From Hypanus sabinus (Eukaryota): 64,000 nucleotides of DNA. The position numbers were made by a program, and so were the translations under genes. The notes beneath the pieces were generated by a model. The model saw only the letters and a list, made by a program, of their open reading frames with translations, ran no database searches and was not told the DNA's origin. The stretch is from NCBI RefSeq assembly GCF_030144855.1, contig NC_082731.1, forward strand, positions 23,250,001 through 23,314,000. Direction: 5' to 3'. Shown piece after piece: positions 25,511 to 39,539 of this stretch. Position 1 is the first letter of the stretch; every line of letters starts with the position of its first letter.

Positions 25511-26229
25511 TTTCTATATTTCTATGTTAAAAGAAAATACGAAATGCTGGAGGAAGTCAGCAGGCGAGGCAGCAGCTATTGAAAAGATTAAAGATGAAGT
25601 TCCAGGCTGAGACCCTTCAGCAGCACCCTTTAACCATTGTCGCTTGACTGATCTTGGAATTTTCCGGGTATCTCTGCACCATGTCGGAGTCAAAACTGCA
25701 GAGGAACAGTTCATTCTAAGTAAGGAAATTTCACCAATCAACAACAGGAATCGGTCTCCAGATCGTGCGTCAATACTGCCGAAGGTATGTGATGAAGTGA
25801 AGATGTTGAACATAACGACGATCAAATCCAGTTGGTAGCATTTCTCAATTAACATTTGCCATAATGCTACCAATGTTCTCCAAAACATAAATTATATTTT
25901 TCTCAATCAGCTGGATTCTAAACAAATGAGCAAACATTAGATCTGTAATTTTATATTCTTAAAAAATCATCTGCAGGACTATTCCTACCACTGTTTCTCT
26001 CTGAGCTAATGTGACTTAGCATCCGGTTTACCTGTACTAATGATTCTGATCATAAGGGGATTCTCCGTTACACTTTACTCGTGTCGAAGCGTTGCAGATA
26101 TCACTACGAATTTTCACCTCTGAAGCGATGACAGGAGAAGACCCTTTTATTTCAGCAAACACTGAGCATGGCCATGCACTTTCGGACAGTCTGTTCCTTC
26201 TACCACTTCTTTCTCCATTCTCTTAATAT

Positions 26230-26940
26230 GCGGAAATCTTTCTGAAGACCCTCTACCTCCTCAAACCTGCTTCATTCAATACCTATACCTATAGCATCTC
26301 CAAACTTTGTAATAAACCATTCATTCTATTATCCCTATTACTGACATAATCTAAAGTAATTGTTCCTAATATAGACCTGTTTGAGAAACACTCAGTCACT
26401 TGCTGAAAGACTGAAAAAAGGCTCCAGTTATACACACTCCTGGCGACCTGCCATCCAACAACTGTTTTGTCCATGCCAGAATATTTCCACTATTGCTATT
26501 GGTTCATCGTGTGTTAAACAGTCTCATTTGTTGCACCTTGTCAAAAGACTTGTTGAAAAACGAAGTGCATTTCATCTTCCTATTCTTTGTCCATCCTGCG
26601 TGTTGTTTTCTTCGATGAATGACAACAGATTTCTCTGGCACACTTTTTCCTTGAGGAAGCCATGTTGAGTGCGGCCTATTTTATCAAGGTACCCTGAGAT
26701 TCGATGACTCTACAAAATAATCGACTTCACAACCATTGATCACAGTCTCTTTAGAGTAAATATTCCTTTATTTCTGCCTCTGGAGAAGTTTCATCACGTT
26801 TATAGTTTCCCAATCTTCTGGAAACATTGAGGATCTCGCGATTTTTGAAAAATGACTTCTAATGCCTTGCAAATCTCTTTAACAATTTCTTTCAGAACAC
26901 TGAGGTATACAGCAGTTGATCCGTCTGATGTTTCTACATC
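26230..26940 (-). mobile_element. CR1 fragment
   Basis: Endonuclease-end motif ILGTITLDYVSN on - strand. Confidence 0.55.
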
Positions 26941-27319
26941 AGAGATTCCAGTTAAATAAATCAGTTTGTGAACACACAATGTACTGAAATAGAATTCAAT
27001 AATTCACACTCCAAGAATCCAGATCGTACAGGTGGTTGAAAAACACAACTCGAAAAATAAAGTTAAAGGCTGCATATCTGCAGTAATAGTTTTCAGGAAA
27101 ATGTCTTATTAATACAGTGGTTAACTGTTCAATTTACTGTCAGCAAGTAGTCGGTGTAGTTTATAAGGACCATAATAAACCAAGGAATTTGAACAGTATT
27201 CAACAGCATATGCTGACGCGCAACACGTTGAACATTTGAGTTCATAGAGCACAGCAACAGAATACCATGGTCAAAGCAGGATGAATATAACACAATGGCT
27301 AATTAATGTATATATAGGA

Positions 27320-27697
27320 TTTGCTGAAATGAAGAGGCTGAGGATGAACCTTGTGCAGGATACGGGCGCAGAAGAGGAGTTGCCGCCACAAACGGAGAAC
27401 CGGTATCCAGGTGAGTCTTTATGCAGTAACAAGGTTTATTAGAGTATCCAAGAAATGATACAGAGCTTAACACTAACAGTTCTAAGGGATCAGGAAACGA
27501 GGTTTACTCACACTAGAGTCGACAAACGTACTGGCAAAGCATGGCTGTGCCGCCCGGGTTTTATGTTTGCTAACGGGAATCAAGTGTGCTGTAATTAGAG
27601 GAACTGAGAATGATTGGAAGTCAGACGAGGGGATTAAGGCCCAATTCTGCACGGAATAGCAAAATGGGGAATTACCAGTGAGGACCATGATGTTACA
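27320..27697 (-). repeat. 3' LTR
   Basis: Direct repeat of 31448-31834 (shared gaaacgaggtttactcacact and tggcaaagcatggctgtgccgc); starts TGTAACA on - next to the PPT. Confidence 0.85.
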
Positions 27698-30600
27698 CAC
27701 CCTCCCTCAACGGGAGGCTCCAGGCAATACTGCAGGATTTCCCGGATAATCCCGATGGAAGTCTTCCATATGTGATATGTCCAGGATGAAGGAGCTGGGA
27801 CAACAGCAACGCTCGCCGGGCCAACCCTTTCCCAGTCAACCAGGTATCGGAGGCTCCTGCCACGACGGTGAACATCTAGCAGCCGCCGGGTGGTGTTTTC
27901 CAAATGATAGTCGATGCTCCGAGAGTCTGTGAGGTAAGCCGAATGACAGGCTGACCGAAGCACCTAAGACTTGATGAGAGAGCTTCCATACCTCCGAAAT
28001 TATTTGAGGAATTTGATCGGATACGATGTCCGCAGGGACTCTGTGGAGTTCGGACGACGAGGCGGAAGAGAAGATCTGTGGTTTTCTGAGCAGAAAGGTG
28101 TTTAGGGAGGGCTATAAAGTTCACCGTCATGGGGAACTGGTCTACCACGGTGATTATGGTGATGTGTCCTTTGAAAGGGGGTAGATCGGTAACGAAATCT
28201 CGGGCCAGGTGCGACCAAGGACTACCAGGGACAGGTAGGGGACGAACCTATCACGCAGGTGGCCGATAGGCGGCATTTGCAAGGGCACAGACAGAACTTG
28301 CAGGGACAGAGGAACGGGTATCCGCCGCAATGGAAGGCCACCAAAAGCGCTTTTCAGGATAGCCAGCGTCCGGTCATCCCCAGGGAGACAGGCGAACCGA
28401 TATGCGTGCACCCATTGGACCACCTGAGATTTGACGGAATCAGGCACAAAAAGGCGATCGACTGGTCCATTGCTTGCGTCAAGTTCATCCCGTTGGGTTT
28501 CCTTTACTATGGACTCAATAACCCTTGTGAGGGTTGCCACCACAAAGGATGGCCGGAAGATAGTCTCTGAACTAGAAGTTTCCTTCTTGGAGTTCTATTA
28601 GCAGGAGTCGCATCTGGCTTCCCGTCCTTGGACGCTGGTAAGTATGAGAGGGTTAACTTGCACCTTCAAAAAATATGCCCAAAAGACCTGGCGGGAGTTC
28701 AAACGTTTGGCGGTCTGAATATATCTGGGGATCTTATGATCAGTCCAAACAATAAACGAGTGTTCCGCTGCGTACAGCCAGTCCCTCCACACATTGAATG
28801 CCAGCTTGACCGCCAGTAGTTCGCAATTCCCCTCGTCGTAATTTCGGTCGACACGGAGAGTCTCGGAGAAAAAGAAGGCACAGTGATAAAGCTCTACTTC
28901 CGGACTTGATCTTTGGGACAGGACTGCTCCTACACCGGAGACCGATGCGTCAACCACAACAATAAATTCACGGAAGCGGTCGGGCTGTAGCAGTACAGGA
29001 GCGGTTGTGAACCACCTCTTCAGGTCGGTCAATGCCAAATCAGCCTCGGAGTGCAAACAAAAAGTTGCTGCAGGCGAGGGAAGTGGGGTAAGCGGCGCTA
29101 ACACACGATTGTAATTCTTGATAAATCGGAGAGGAACGTTTGCAAACCCCAAAAACAACTGGAGTTGCCTGCCTGTCGTGGGTCTCGGTCATTCTTCCAC
29201 CGCCAGGATTTTCTCGGGATCTGCCCTCACCTGCCTTTATAAGTTAGTTGTTCCTCCACAGTCTCTGGAGTTCTAGACGGACATGGAAAATATTCTTCTG
29301 GGAGCTGCTAGAAATTATTATGCTACCATCTAGGTAGACGAACACGAAACGTTTAATAAAGTCCCTCATCACATCATTGATTAGAGCTTGAAAAACTGCG
29401 GAGCATTGGTGAGGCCAAACGGCATAACAAATTATTCGAAGTGGCACAAAAGTGTATTAAGGACCGTCTCCCACTCGGCTCCCTCCCTCATCCTGATTAG
29501 ACGGCAGGAACTACGAAGTTCCAACTTCGAGAAGATGGTGGCTTCGTGAAGTGGTTCAAATGCCAAGTTAATGCGGGGTAGTGGGTACTTGCTCTTTACT
29601 GTTACATTGTTTAGGCCTCGGTAATCAATGCAGAGATGAAGCGACCCATTATTCTTCTCTACAAGGAAGAAGCCGTCGCCCACCGGAGAGGATGAAGGTC
29701 TACTAATGCCCGCCGCGAGGGAATCACCTGTGCATTTATTCCTGACATCTCTCTCTGGACGGGGTAAGTTATAAAGCCGAATGTTGGGTAAAAAGACCGC
29801 GGGGAGAACGTCGATAGTGCAATCATACGGGCGGTGCGGAGTCAGTGAAAGAGCCCGTTGTTTGCAGAATACCTGTCGCAGGTCATGGTATTCTGCAGCT
29901 ACTTCGGATAAGTAGAGGGCTTCCAAGACAGGCGAGGTCGCGGAACCTCCCAAACAGACGGAGCCACCGCAGATAGGTGGCGTGGCAGAACGGGCTCCGG
30001 CTATCTATCTATCTAACTGGTAGACCAGTTGACATACGTGTTATGGTGGTTCGGTCAGGGATATCCTACAACTACAGGGGCTTGAAGAGAATGGATGAGA
30101 TTAAATCGTACCTTTTCTCGATGGTCTCCATGTAGAATTAAGATCAGGGGTGGCGTATAATAGTAGTTTACCCGAGCCAGCACTTTTCTGCCCAGCCCCC
30201 GGACGTAAAGAGGGGTACTTAAGGTTTCCTGAGGAATTCCGGCCAGGGATGCTATGTTCTTGTCTAGCTGATTTCCCTCGGCACCAGGAATCCACCAAGG
30301 CGGATTGGGACAGGGACTGTTGTTGATAATTCCCGGTAGCCGGGATCTGCGTTCTGTTCTGGGGGACTGAAAAGAGTGTCGTCCGGCTCACCAGGTTGCT
30401 CCCCTTGCAATGGTGAGGCATCCGTTTACGCCATAGAGGACAGGTATCCAAGAAATGTCCCGGTTGGCTGCAATAGTAACAATCCCCATCTCTCCGCCTC
30501 CGAAGTCATTTGGCAGGGGAGAAACTATTCCGTCCGAGCTGCGTCGGTTCCTCCACCAGTGTAGCGAGGACAGTCGGAGCAGGAGCTATATTTGGAGCGG

Positions 30601-31447
30601 ACGGGGAAGGGAAGCTCGCTGCAGATGGTATGGTGCCACGTGGGCTAATCCAAAGAGTCGGTCGACTGGTCTTTTCTCTCAGACGATCTTGAAGTCGATT
30701 ATCCAGCCCGCTGGCTAGAGAGCTCAGAGAGTCCAGGATGACGACGTGATCCCTCACTACCAGTTCATCTTTTAACTTATTTGAGAGGCCCTGTCAGTAC
30801 ATATCCCGTGCGGCATCGTTATTCCACCCAGAGTCGGCCGTTAATGTTCCGAACTCGATGGAGTATTTTGCTATACTTCGCGAACCCTGGCAGAGAGTTA
30901 GCAAGCGCTCAGCCACGTCTTTAACGGGAAAGGGTGGTTAAAATACCTTCCTTCATTTTGGAGATGAATGAGAGGAAGGAGGATCACACCTCTGGTTGGT
31001 TTTCCCAGATCGAGGTGGTCAATGCCAAGGCAATTCCTCATAACAGCCCTATGAGGTACGCAATAATTGATCTGTCGGAGGTTCAAGTACGTGGGTGTTG
31101 TTCAAACAATAAAGAACATTGTAATAAGAAGGACCAGCAATTCCCTCGGTCCCCAGCAAAGGGTTTCGATTCGGGTACGTAGAGGATTGTGATACCGATA
31201 CAAGGGGTGTTGCTATCCCAGGCTCTACGGTTTGGTCAGTCGGGGGTTTTAGGAAAGATGGAGTAAGGGAAGCGATATCGGATTAATCTGCTCACTATCA
31301 TTTCTCACATTCGTGGACAGCGTACGAAGTTTTTCCATGACCTCTCTGAGCAGCTGGTCGTGGGTACCCCGTAGGTAGCCCTGGCTAGCGAGGGTCTGTT
31401 GTACGTATTCCGTGTCCGCTGGGTTCAATCTAGGCCAATCCGTTATA

Positions 31448-31834
31448 TTGCAAGTACGAGGATGAGGACGAACCGAAGTGCAGGACAAAGGCGTGGATGC
31501 AGTCGTGAGGCGTTAACACCGCTGCGAACGGGGATCCAGTATCCAGGAGAGTCTTTACATGGAGACAAGGTTTACGTAGAGTATATAAGAAATGATGCGG
31601 AGCTTAGACATCACAGTCCTATGGAATCAAGAAACGAGGTTTACTCACACTGGACTCGACCAAAGAATTGGCAAAGCATGGCTGTGCCGCTGGAGTTTCA
31701 TCATATAATCGCTAATGGGAAACTGATCTGCTGTAATTAGCAGAACTGGGAATGGTAGGAAATCAGAGGAGTGGATCAATGCCCAATGAAGGAGTTTATA
31801 GCAAGATGGTGAATTGCCAGACGGGACTACAACA
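31448..31834 (-). repeat. 5' LTR
   Basis: Partner of 27320-27697; inner boundary approximate. Confidence 0.8.
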
Positions 31835-32599
31835 AGATGGTATTTTTTAGGACATACCCAGTGACAATTCAAAATATTCAATAATAAAACTCTATTAAAA
31901 TTCATTTTGACTGTGACAGTCACATTGGGTTGCTGAAACGTCAGAAGTATTAGAGCAACGTGTCTGATAGACAATGTGAGCATCTTAGACGGTAAAAAAG
32001 ACTAATTTCTAATCATTCTGTTCAATGAGCGGAAGCTCTATAACGTGTTTAACCATCACCAACATTTCATCTTGAATGTTAACGATCCGACATTAATATG
32101 CATTCATCAATATTAATGTTGGTCCTGCCGACGTAAATATTTGTTTTCATGCTATAATTTCCCCTGTACAGTTGGCTATCAATTCAATTTTATTTACTTA
32201 ATGTTGGATCAAAAAACTCAAATTTCAAATCAGTACAATGATCCTGTTTAAAGGTCCTATAAACATATGTTTTTTTTAAAATCTTTCTAGACCGAGAGAT
32301 TGGGTTTATAATTATGGACCACAGTACGAGGGGAAATCGATTCAAAGGGATCGAGGGGATTAGAATATAGCAGGGAATCGTCTGCTAACCTACAAAGAGA
32401 AAAATATACAGACCGTTGATATTCTATCCTGGTACTCATCCGTTTGAAACATGAACAAAGTGGATTAATTCCAATTGTTATGTCTGTCTTTATTAATGCT
32501 GATATTTTAATGTTCTGTTTATTTTAGTAAATCTTTTATGCAGTAACTACATACCATGATTTACTGACAACTATACAACAGTTCTGCAAATTGTAAATT

Positions 32600-35500
32600 T
32601 TACCTGCAGTTCCCATCTATTGCAATAAATTTATGCTGCTTCCAGGACCATCGAGGTTCCGAGGCAAGCGTCAACATATCTCTTGCAACAGCTTAGTCTT
32701 GCTTCTCCGGAACGTTCACCATATTTTACAGAAAGTATTCCGTGCTTGTTGAGGGGGGAGAAGACTAATGCATTGGATGAAGTGATACTCCGAGGTTTGA
32801 GTACGGTTAAAGCTTTTGAAAAATTGGAAATTGTATCCCGAATCTTTGAATTTGAGACGGGCACAGGCCTAGTGTTGGTGCAGACAAGCGAAAACTTACA
32901 ACGGGCGGAGTTATCAAAGAGGATTGGTGAAATAGGTGAGGCGGGACATTGGCGTCTGCAAAATGGGCCAGAGCTCAGCGAGCTGGGACGTCAGCAGATG
33001 ACAGACGAGTTCTTATTGAACGAGCTCTTTCAGTAAAGATGTATGAAACGAATGAGTGGCCAGATTTCAAAAAAAAAATCGTTAGTTCCCGCCCATTAGC
33101 TGAAGGCGAGAGTTCCGAGTTGGCATCTGGGATTGCCTCTCTGGTGAGAAAGGCAGAGGGGCCCCGACAGATTATTAGAATTGTCTCTGGGATGGCACCC
33201 GAAAATAAAGAAGTTTATGAGTCGTGGACAGAGAAAATGACGCAGTGGTTAACTGAATAGCACTGCTCGGATGAGGAAAGGCGACAGCGATTTGTTTAAA
33301 TTTTGCCGGGAGCAGCGGCAACGTAAGTTGTGGTGTGAAGGGCACCAGCCCGCTGTCTCTCTGGATGACTATCTGGAGGCCTTGGAAAATGCTTTTGGGT
33401 TGAACGGGAGAACATAGGAGCTCCTCGGGGTGTTTCAAAAAATGCGTCAGGAGCAGGTGAGAAGCTGTCCGCGTTCGCTTTTCGGCTAGGGAGACGGCTT
33501 AGTGGGCTTCGAGTGGAGGGGGGTGTGTTGGGGCATTCGGGATAAATAGGTAGTTCAGTTAAGGATAAAATAGGTACTTACGTGTGACCAGGCTGAGGAT
33601 ATGATTGCTTGGCGTCTCCGGCATTCATATAAAACGTGACCTTCTCCGACCCTCGTTCAACTGAACGGGGATATGGGGAAATGTAATCGCGTTCGGGAGG
33701 CGGGAAGCCTCTGTCAGTAGGGTGAAATCCTCAGGTTTAGCCCCTGGTGGTAACGTGGGCGGAGCAGCTTCTACGCGGAATCTGATAAAAGTGGCGGTGG
33801 CGGAGCTGAGGTCGGTACACAGCACCTGAACCTCCACTCCAGGAGACGGACTGCGCAGAGATCCGCGAGTTGTGGGGGGTCTGCGAGAAGGTGGTGGCCG
33901 GTAGCGTGTGCTTTAACTACTGGAAAGAGGGATAGTTTCGGAGAGAATGTGAGTGACAAATTGTGAGCTGTAACTGTGGGGAAGTGGAGCTCTCCCTGCG
34001 AGAATGAGAGCGGAAGGGAGCCCCTCGGAGGGAGAGTTTCTGGGCATCCAAGCTGAGAGAGGTTTCGGGAAACTTCGAAGAAACTCAGTCAGTGTACGTC
34101 CTGGTGTCTCGAGGGGATCACGTTCCCAGCAATGTATCAAAGAAACCCCGAAAGCAATAGACCGGTTTACGAAAGGATTAGTGGGACCGCTATCCAGCGG
34201 ATAGAGGGAATCTATGATAAATCCATGCTCGACACCGGATCGCAGGTCACGTTAGCATACCGTTCGTTTTACAACCTGTATTGAAAGCATTTGTCCTTGA
34301 CCCCTTTCAGAACGCTGGAGATTTGGGGCTTTAGTGCTGGGGATTATCCGAATGACAGGAATTTGTCAGTGAAACTGGAGTTTTCAGAAGCCGATGTTGG
34401 AGTGTCCGAAGTTCTGGAGACGTTGGTGCTGGTTTATCCGGACCCGGTTGAGAGGAGGGTTGCTTCAATACTGGTGCGGTCCAGCAACCCTGTTCTGCGG
34501 GGCCTCCCAGGAGAGGTCGGGTGAGAACTTTTTGGAGACCCTGCGTGTGTACCCAGTGATTCGAGCTGCTTTTGAGGAAGTGCGGAGCAGCTCTGGGCCC
34601 GATACTGAATTACAATGAGGGACTGTGTGGTGCACCCAGTCTAGCCGTATGTAATAAGGACCGGGAAAGTTCCGACAGTGATGGTAAACACCCATATTAC
34701 CTAGAGTGCCTGATGGCGATACCCTTTTAGTGTACGCCCCAGAAGACCTCAAGGTGGAGTCAAGATTTCCAGCTGGGTTGCTAGTGAGGCGCAAAGTGCT
34801 TAGGCCCTCGGTAGTGCAGGCGGGCAGGATATTTGCGATTGTCAGGAACACTAGAATGAGAGAAATTACCTTTAAGAGAGGGATGCCTCTGACGCTTTTT
34901 TTCCCAGTGACTGTAAAGTCCAGCGCCCCCGTGAGGCCCACTGGAGTGGAAAATTGGAAAACACAGGAAAGGTAACAGCTGAGGCCTTTAACTTTGGGGA
35001 CTCTCCAGTGCTGCCTTGTTGGAAGCAAAGACTGGTGGACGAGAATTTACTGTTTTACCTTGGCGAGTTTGATGTGGTTTGTTCCAAGAACATTTATTAC
35101 ACCATGCGGGTGACTGAGGACTCTCCGATAAGAGAGAGGTCGCGGCGGCGGCCCCTGCAGGTATGGAAGAAGTGCGCCAGTACCTGCGAAAGTTGAACGA
35201 AGCTGTGTTCAACTCGAAATACCGAAACCATAATGCGTCCCCAATGGTAGTGGCCCGGAAGAAGAACGGACGGGTACACATCAGTGTGGACTGCAGGATC
35301 CTGGACTGGCGCACTGTCCCTGACCAGCATACGGTGCCGAGTGTTGAAGACGCGCTGGCCTGTCTCAGTGGGGCGAAGTGGATTAGTGTGCTGGACTTGA
35401 GGTGTGGATATTACCAGATCCCGATGAGAGAGACCGGCAAAGAGAACACGGCATTTATATGCCGGCTGGGATATTTTCCAATTCGAAAGGGTGCTCCAAT

Positions 35501-37035
35501 GCCCAAACGCGCCAGTGCAAATCGTGAGCCCTGTCACCTTCCAGAGGGTCACGAAGAAGACGGTGGGGGATACGAATTTGCTGGGTCTGTTAGTGTATTT
35601 GCATGATTTGATCGTATTTAGATCCACCTTGGAAGAACGAGAAGATAGGCTACTGAAGGTGCTAAGTCCACTGAAGGATGAAGGATTAAAACTCTCCATG
35701 GACAAATGCCAGTTCTGCAAGTCACTTTTAGCTATTTTGTGCTCATAATCTTGCGGAATGGAGTAGCTAAAGACACGGCTGAGATAGAAGCTGTGTCCTC
35801 GTGGCCGAGGCACCAGGGTGTAAACGCACAGTGTTCTTTCTCGGTGTTTTCTGGAGAATGGTGAAGGGTAACACCAAACTGAGTCACCCTTTGAAGCGGC
35901 CTCTGCCTGGTTACCCTCCTATGGGGAAGAATGTGAAAGGGGACGGGTGGTTGGAGACTGTCTCAACCTGTCTGAAAGCTTCGAACAGAGGTGTGATGCA
36001 AAAAGTGAGGAGGCTTTTTAATCGCTGAATGAGTTGCTGACTGAGGCACTGGTGCTGGCTTTAGTGGACACACGATTGCCGTACTTGCTACACATAGATG
36101 CTAGCAGAGACTGATTAGGGGTCGTCTTTCATCAAGACCAGGGCACCGTTTTTGAGACCTGTAGTGCTTGTGAGTCGGAATTTGTCGCACTTCGAGTGAA
36201 ATTATCCCACCCATAAGGTGGAGATCCTGGCGTTGAAATGGACGATGGTGGATAAGCAGGGTGACTATCTCTACTGGGCCAAGTTTAAGATGACTGATAA
36301 CAATTCGCTTACTTACATTTTGACTACAGAGAAACAGAAGGTTACAGGCCATCGGTGGTTGGCGGCATTGTCGGTATATGATTTCAGACTGAAGAACCGG
36401 CTGGGGTGCCGAAATGTCAATACCCACGATTTGTTCCGTCGCGCGCACGAGGAACATGAGATGGGTGTGGACTGGGTGAAAGCTCCTACCCCTGGGGTGA
36501 ATGTCATGTGTCAGTTTGCTGCACCATGAAGCCCGAGGAAAAGGAGAGTCTTGATCGCACAGTGGACCCATTGGGTGGTTCTGTAACCACTTTTCCCCAG
36601 CTTACCGTGACCTGAATGGTCTGAAGACCAAACAGCAGCCAAGACTAAGTCCGTGGGATTTAGCAGCTGCTCAGAAAGATGATCTGGGCCTTGGCACTGT
36701 TTGGTGCGCGGTGGAAAAGCGTGATGTGGCGTGGGCGGAGAAGACGTAACATGCTTTAGTGACTCCATTATTGAGGGAATGTCCTCGGTGGAAGTTGAGG
36801 AAAACGGATTATATACCGGGGAACTTCAGCACCGGAGCGACTTCGGCATTGGTTGTTGGTCCTGCCTGAGAAGAATCGAAAGATTGTGTTGAAGTCACTG
36901 CACGATAATTCTGGAAATTGGGAGTGTAGAAGATCTATTGACTCTCAATGAGAGGTTTTACTGGCCCCCATTGATGTCGGAGGTGGAAGAGTACTGCAAG
37001 TCGCCCATTCGCCTAATACACCATAAGACAATGCC
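32600..37035 (+). mobile_element. Ty3/Gypsy internal region with PNMA-like gag, decayed and 3'-truncated
   Basis: Gag IRIVSGMAPE...YESWTEKMTQWLTE; degenerate zinc knuckle at about 33910; protease MLDTGSQVT (34225); RT SVLDLRCGYYQIPM; RNase H; integrase zinc-finger start (RFYWP) at 36.9-37.0 kb. No LTRs recognised. Confidence 0.88.
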
Positions 37036-37229
37036 TGTGTTTTAAAGGAAGGATCTCACGATTTTTTGACTGCTTTTCTGTTCTTCTCGAAAAAGGACTC
37101 GACATTACACTTTAAATGTCGCCGTTGCGTTCGGCTCCGATTTTACAATTTAGCTTTGTGTAGTGACGTCCAAATTGTGTTTTAGAAGCGAAATATCCAA
37201 GGAAAAATAACAGATGATCAAGCGTGCTC

Positions 37230-37243
37230 TCTCCAGGGGGCGC
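37230..37243 (+). promoter_or_regulatory. CTCF-like motif
   Basis: TCTCCAGGGGGCGC, 12/14 to consensus; TGACGT lies 66 bp upstream at 37164. Confidence 0.5.
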
Positions 37244-37460
37244 ACGCGTGCGTTGACATGAGTTGTTTTGAAAAACAAGGAGAAAAAGTAAGAGTACAAA
37301 TGAGCAGCGAATTAAAGCAGTTAATTAAATTGAGCAAATCTATAAAACATGCAATGTTCCCTATGATCTGAAATGACATTGGGTTCAAATACCTGCTGCT
37401 AAATTTCAACTTTTCAAACGCTGATCATCTATTACTACCACCACGCTACATCCTCCTCCT

Positions 37461-37600
37461 NNNNNNNNNNNNNNNNNNNNNNNNNNNNNNNNNNNNNNNN
37501 NNNNNNNNNNNNNNNNNNNNNNNNNNNNNNNNNNNNNNNNNNNNNNNNNNNNNNNNNNNNNNNNNNNNNNNNNNNNNNNNNNNNNNNNNNNNNNNNNNNN
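37461..37600. other. Assembly gap
   Basis: N run. Confidence 1.
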
Positions 37601-37789
37601 TACTGATCATAAAACAACAACAGCGGAGAAACCATGAAAGGTATCGGGCCCCTATTCTCAGTTGGCCTATTAGAAACAAATATGCTTTGTTCGCAGCATA
37701 CAAAGCCAGAAGCAAATTGTTGCATGTCGCTCCACATCGTAGCGCCTGACACATAGATCTGGCTCGAGGTATAAAAGAGCTATAAATTT

Positions 37790-39120
37790 TCACTTCAGAA
37801 ACGGGACGATGTCTATGGATTATTGTCATTCGCCGCTGTGTGCGGATTGAAGGGTTTATCTGGAATAATAGCAGAAGGGATGAAAAGATCTTAATTTATC
37901 ACTCTTCATAAGAAAGCTGGAGCAGTAAAATGTGAATTATATAGGGCCATAAGTTTATTGAGTCACATCAGCAAGATCTAAGAGTTTTCTAAGAGCTAAA
38001 AGTAAGATAAAAGCTGAAATAAGTACTTAACAATGTGGTTTTTTGAAAGACAAACGTACAAAAACGCGATATTGATGTTAAAGATAATATCAGAACGAGA
38101 TATTCAAGTGTAAAAAAGATTTGTTTGTTTTCCCGACTACAAAAAGCATTTTATAAAGTGAAGTACAATAAGTTATTTAAAATGTTACAGGCAACTAAAA
38201 TTCTAGATCCGAAAGACCTCCACTTAATCAAAAACTTCTACTGGGAACAAACTGTCGTTGTATGAATAGATGGAGAAGTGAGTCAGTTTTCGAAACTGAA
38301 GATAGGCGTTAGACAATGGTGGGTTCCTTTTCACAGATTTATTTAATGTGTACAATGAAACAATATTACAAAAATGAGACATCTTGGGATTTAACGCTGG
38401 TAGTGAAAACATTAATAATTTCATATATGTGGATGACATTGTGTTAATTGCAAGTACTGAGGAAGAACTACAAAACTTAATTAATATAGTTTTTGAAGAA
38501 AGTGCAACGTTGGGTCTGACTATCAATTGAAAAAAAAATACAAAATGTATGGTGATATCAAGAAGAAGATTCATATCTGCAGGCTGAGAATTAACCGGAA
38601 GACGTAAGACAAATAAAGAACTTCAGCTACTTAGGAAGCGGGGTGAGAGCAGCAGACGGCAGTTGCGACATGAACATCAAAAGAAGAACAGGGATGTCAA
38701 AAGTTACCTATACGGGCATGAAAAGAATACTGAATCACACTACACCAATCAAGACAACCCACCTCAGCGTACTGAAATGTTACGTTTATCCAGTTATGTT
38801 ATATGGTACAGAATGTTGGATATATATCGAGTAACATGAAGAAACGATTTGTAGCAGCAGAAATATGATTTATAAGGAAGATGCAAGGAGTATAATAGCC
38901 GAAATGAATATCCGACGAAGATGTCATAAACAGAGCAAGCACGAAAGGAGAGATAATGTATGAGAAAAAGAAAAGGCAACGTCACTTCATTGGACGTGTG
39001 ATTAGGAAGGTGGAGCTGGAATGCACGGTAAATATAGGGAAGATTGAAGGGAATAAAGCAAGAGAAAGGAAGGCAAAGACATATGATGATAGAGACAGCA
39101 GCTGGAGAACAGAAAATGAA
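37790..39120 (+). mobile_element. RTE (BovB-like) LINE RT and 3' region
   Basis: KCELYRAISLLSHISK, YVDDIVLIASTEEELQ and PVMLYGTECW motifs. Confidence 0.85.
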
Positions 39121-39539
39121 AACCGACGAACTGATCCACTTGTGCCGAAACAGGAGTGCGTGGGACATTGCAGTTAAAACTGCAAACTGGGCATGGCACC
39201 TGATGATGACGTCTGGATCTAGCTCTGGGCATGGCAGTATGCGAACTGCTTGTGTTGCACTGCTGAAGAGCTGAGTAAGCACTGCCAAGCTCGGAAGAAG
39301 ATACAGACAGCAGTCAAATTAGCCCAACAGCACCAGAGCCTGTGACAGCTGCACGTCTTCCACAGAGGAGAAGAGCACGTAAAACAGAGAACATTCGTAC
39401 GTTTAAGGCAAGGGATACAGAGATGAAATGGTTGTTAGATGTAAGCACATTCATAATCCGAATATCCTACAGAGTTACAGACCTTAGTGCTGAGATGACA
39501 ACATACAGGATGAAACCTAACTGACTGTTAAAATCACAA

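Larger units (their letters stand above)
27320..31834 (-). mobile_element. Near-complete Ty3/Gypsy chromovirus (Sushi-like), decayed
   Basis: Order on -: gag (31.4 kb), protease ALVDS (30.3 kb), RT (29.95-29.25 kb), RNase H (VDASVSGVGAVLSQ), integrase, chromodomain (LRYLVDWE, 27.8 kb). Polypurine tract at 27698-27710; paired LTRs. Confidence 0.92.
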
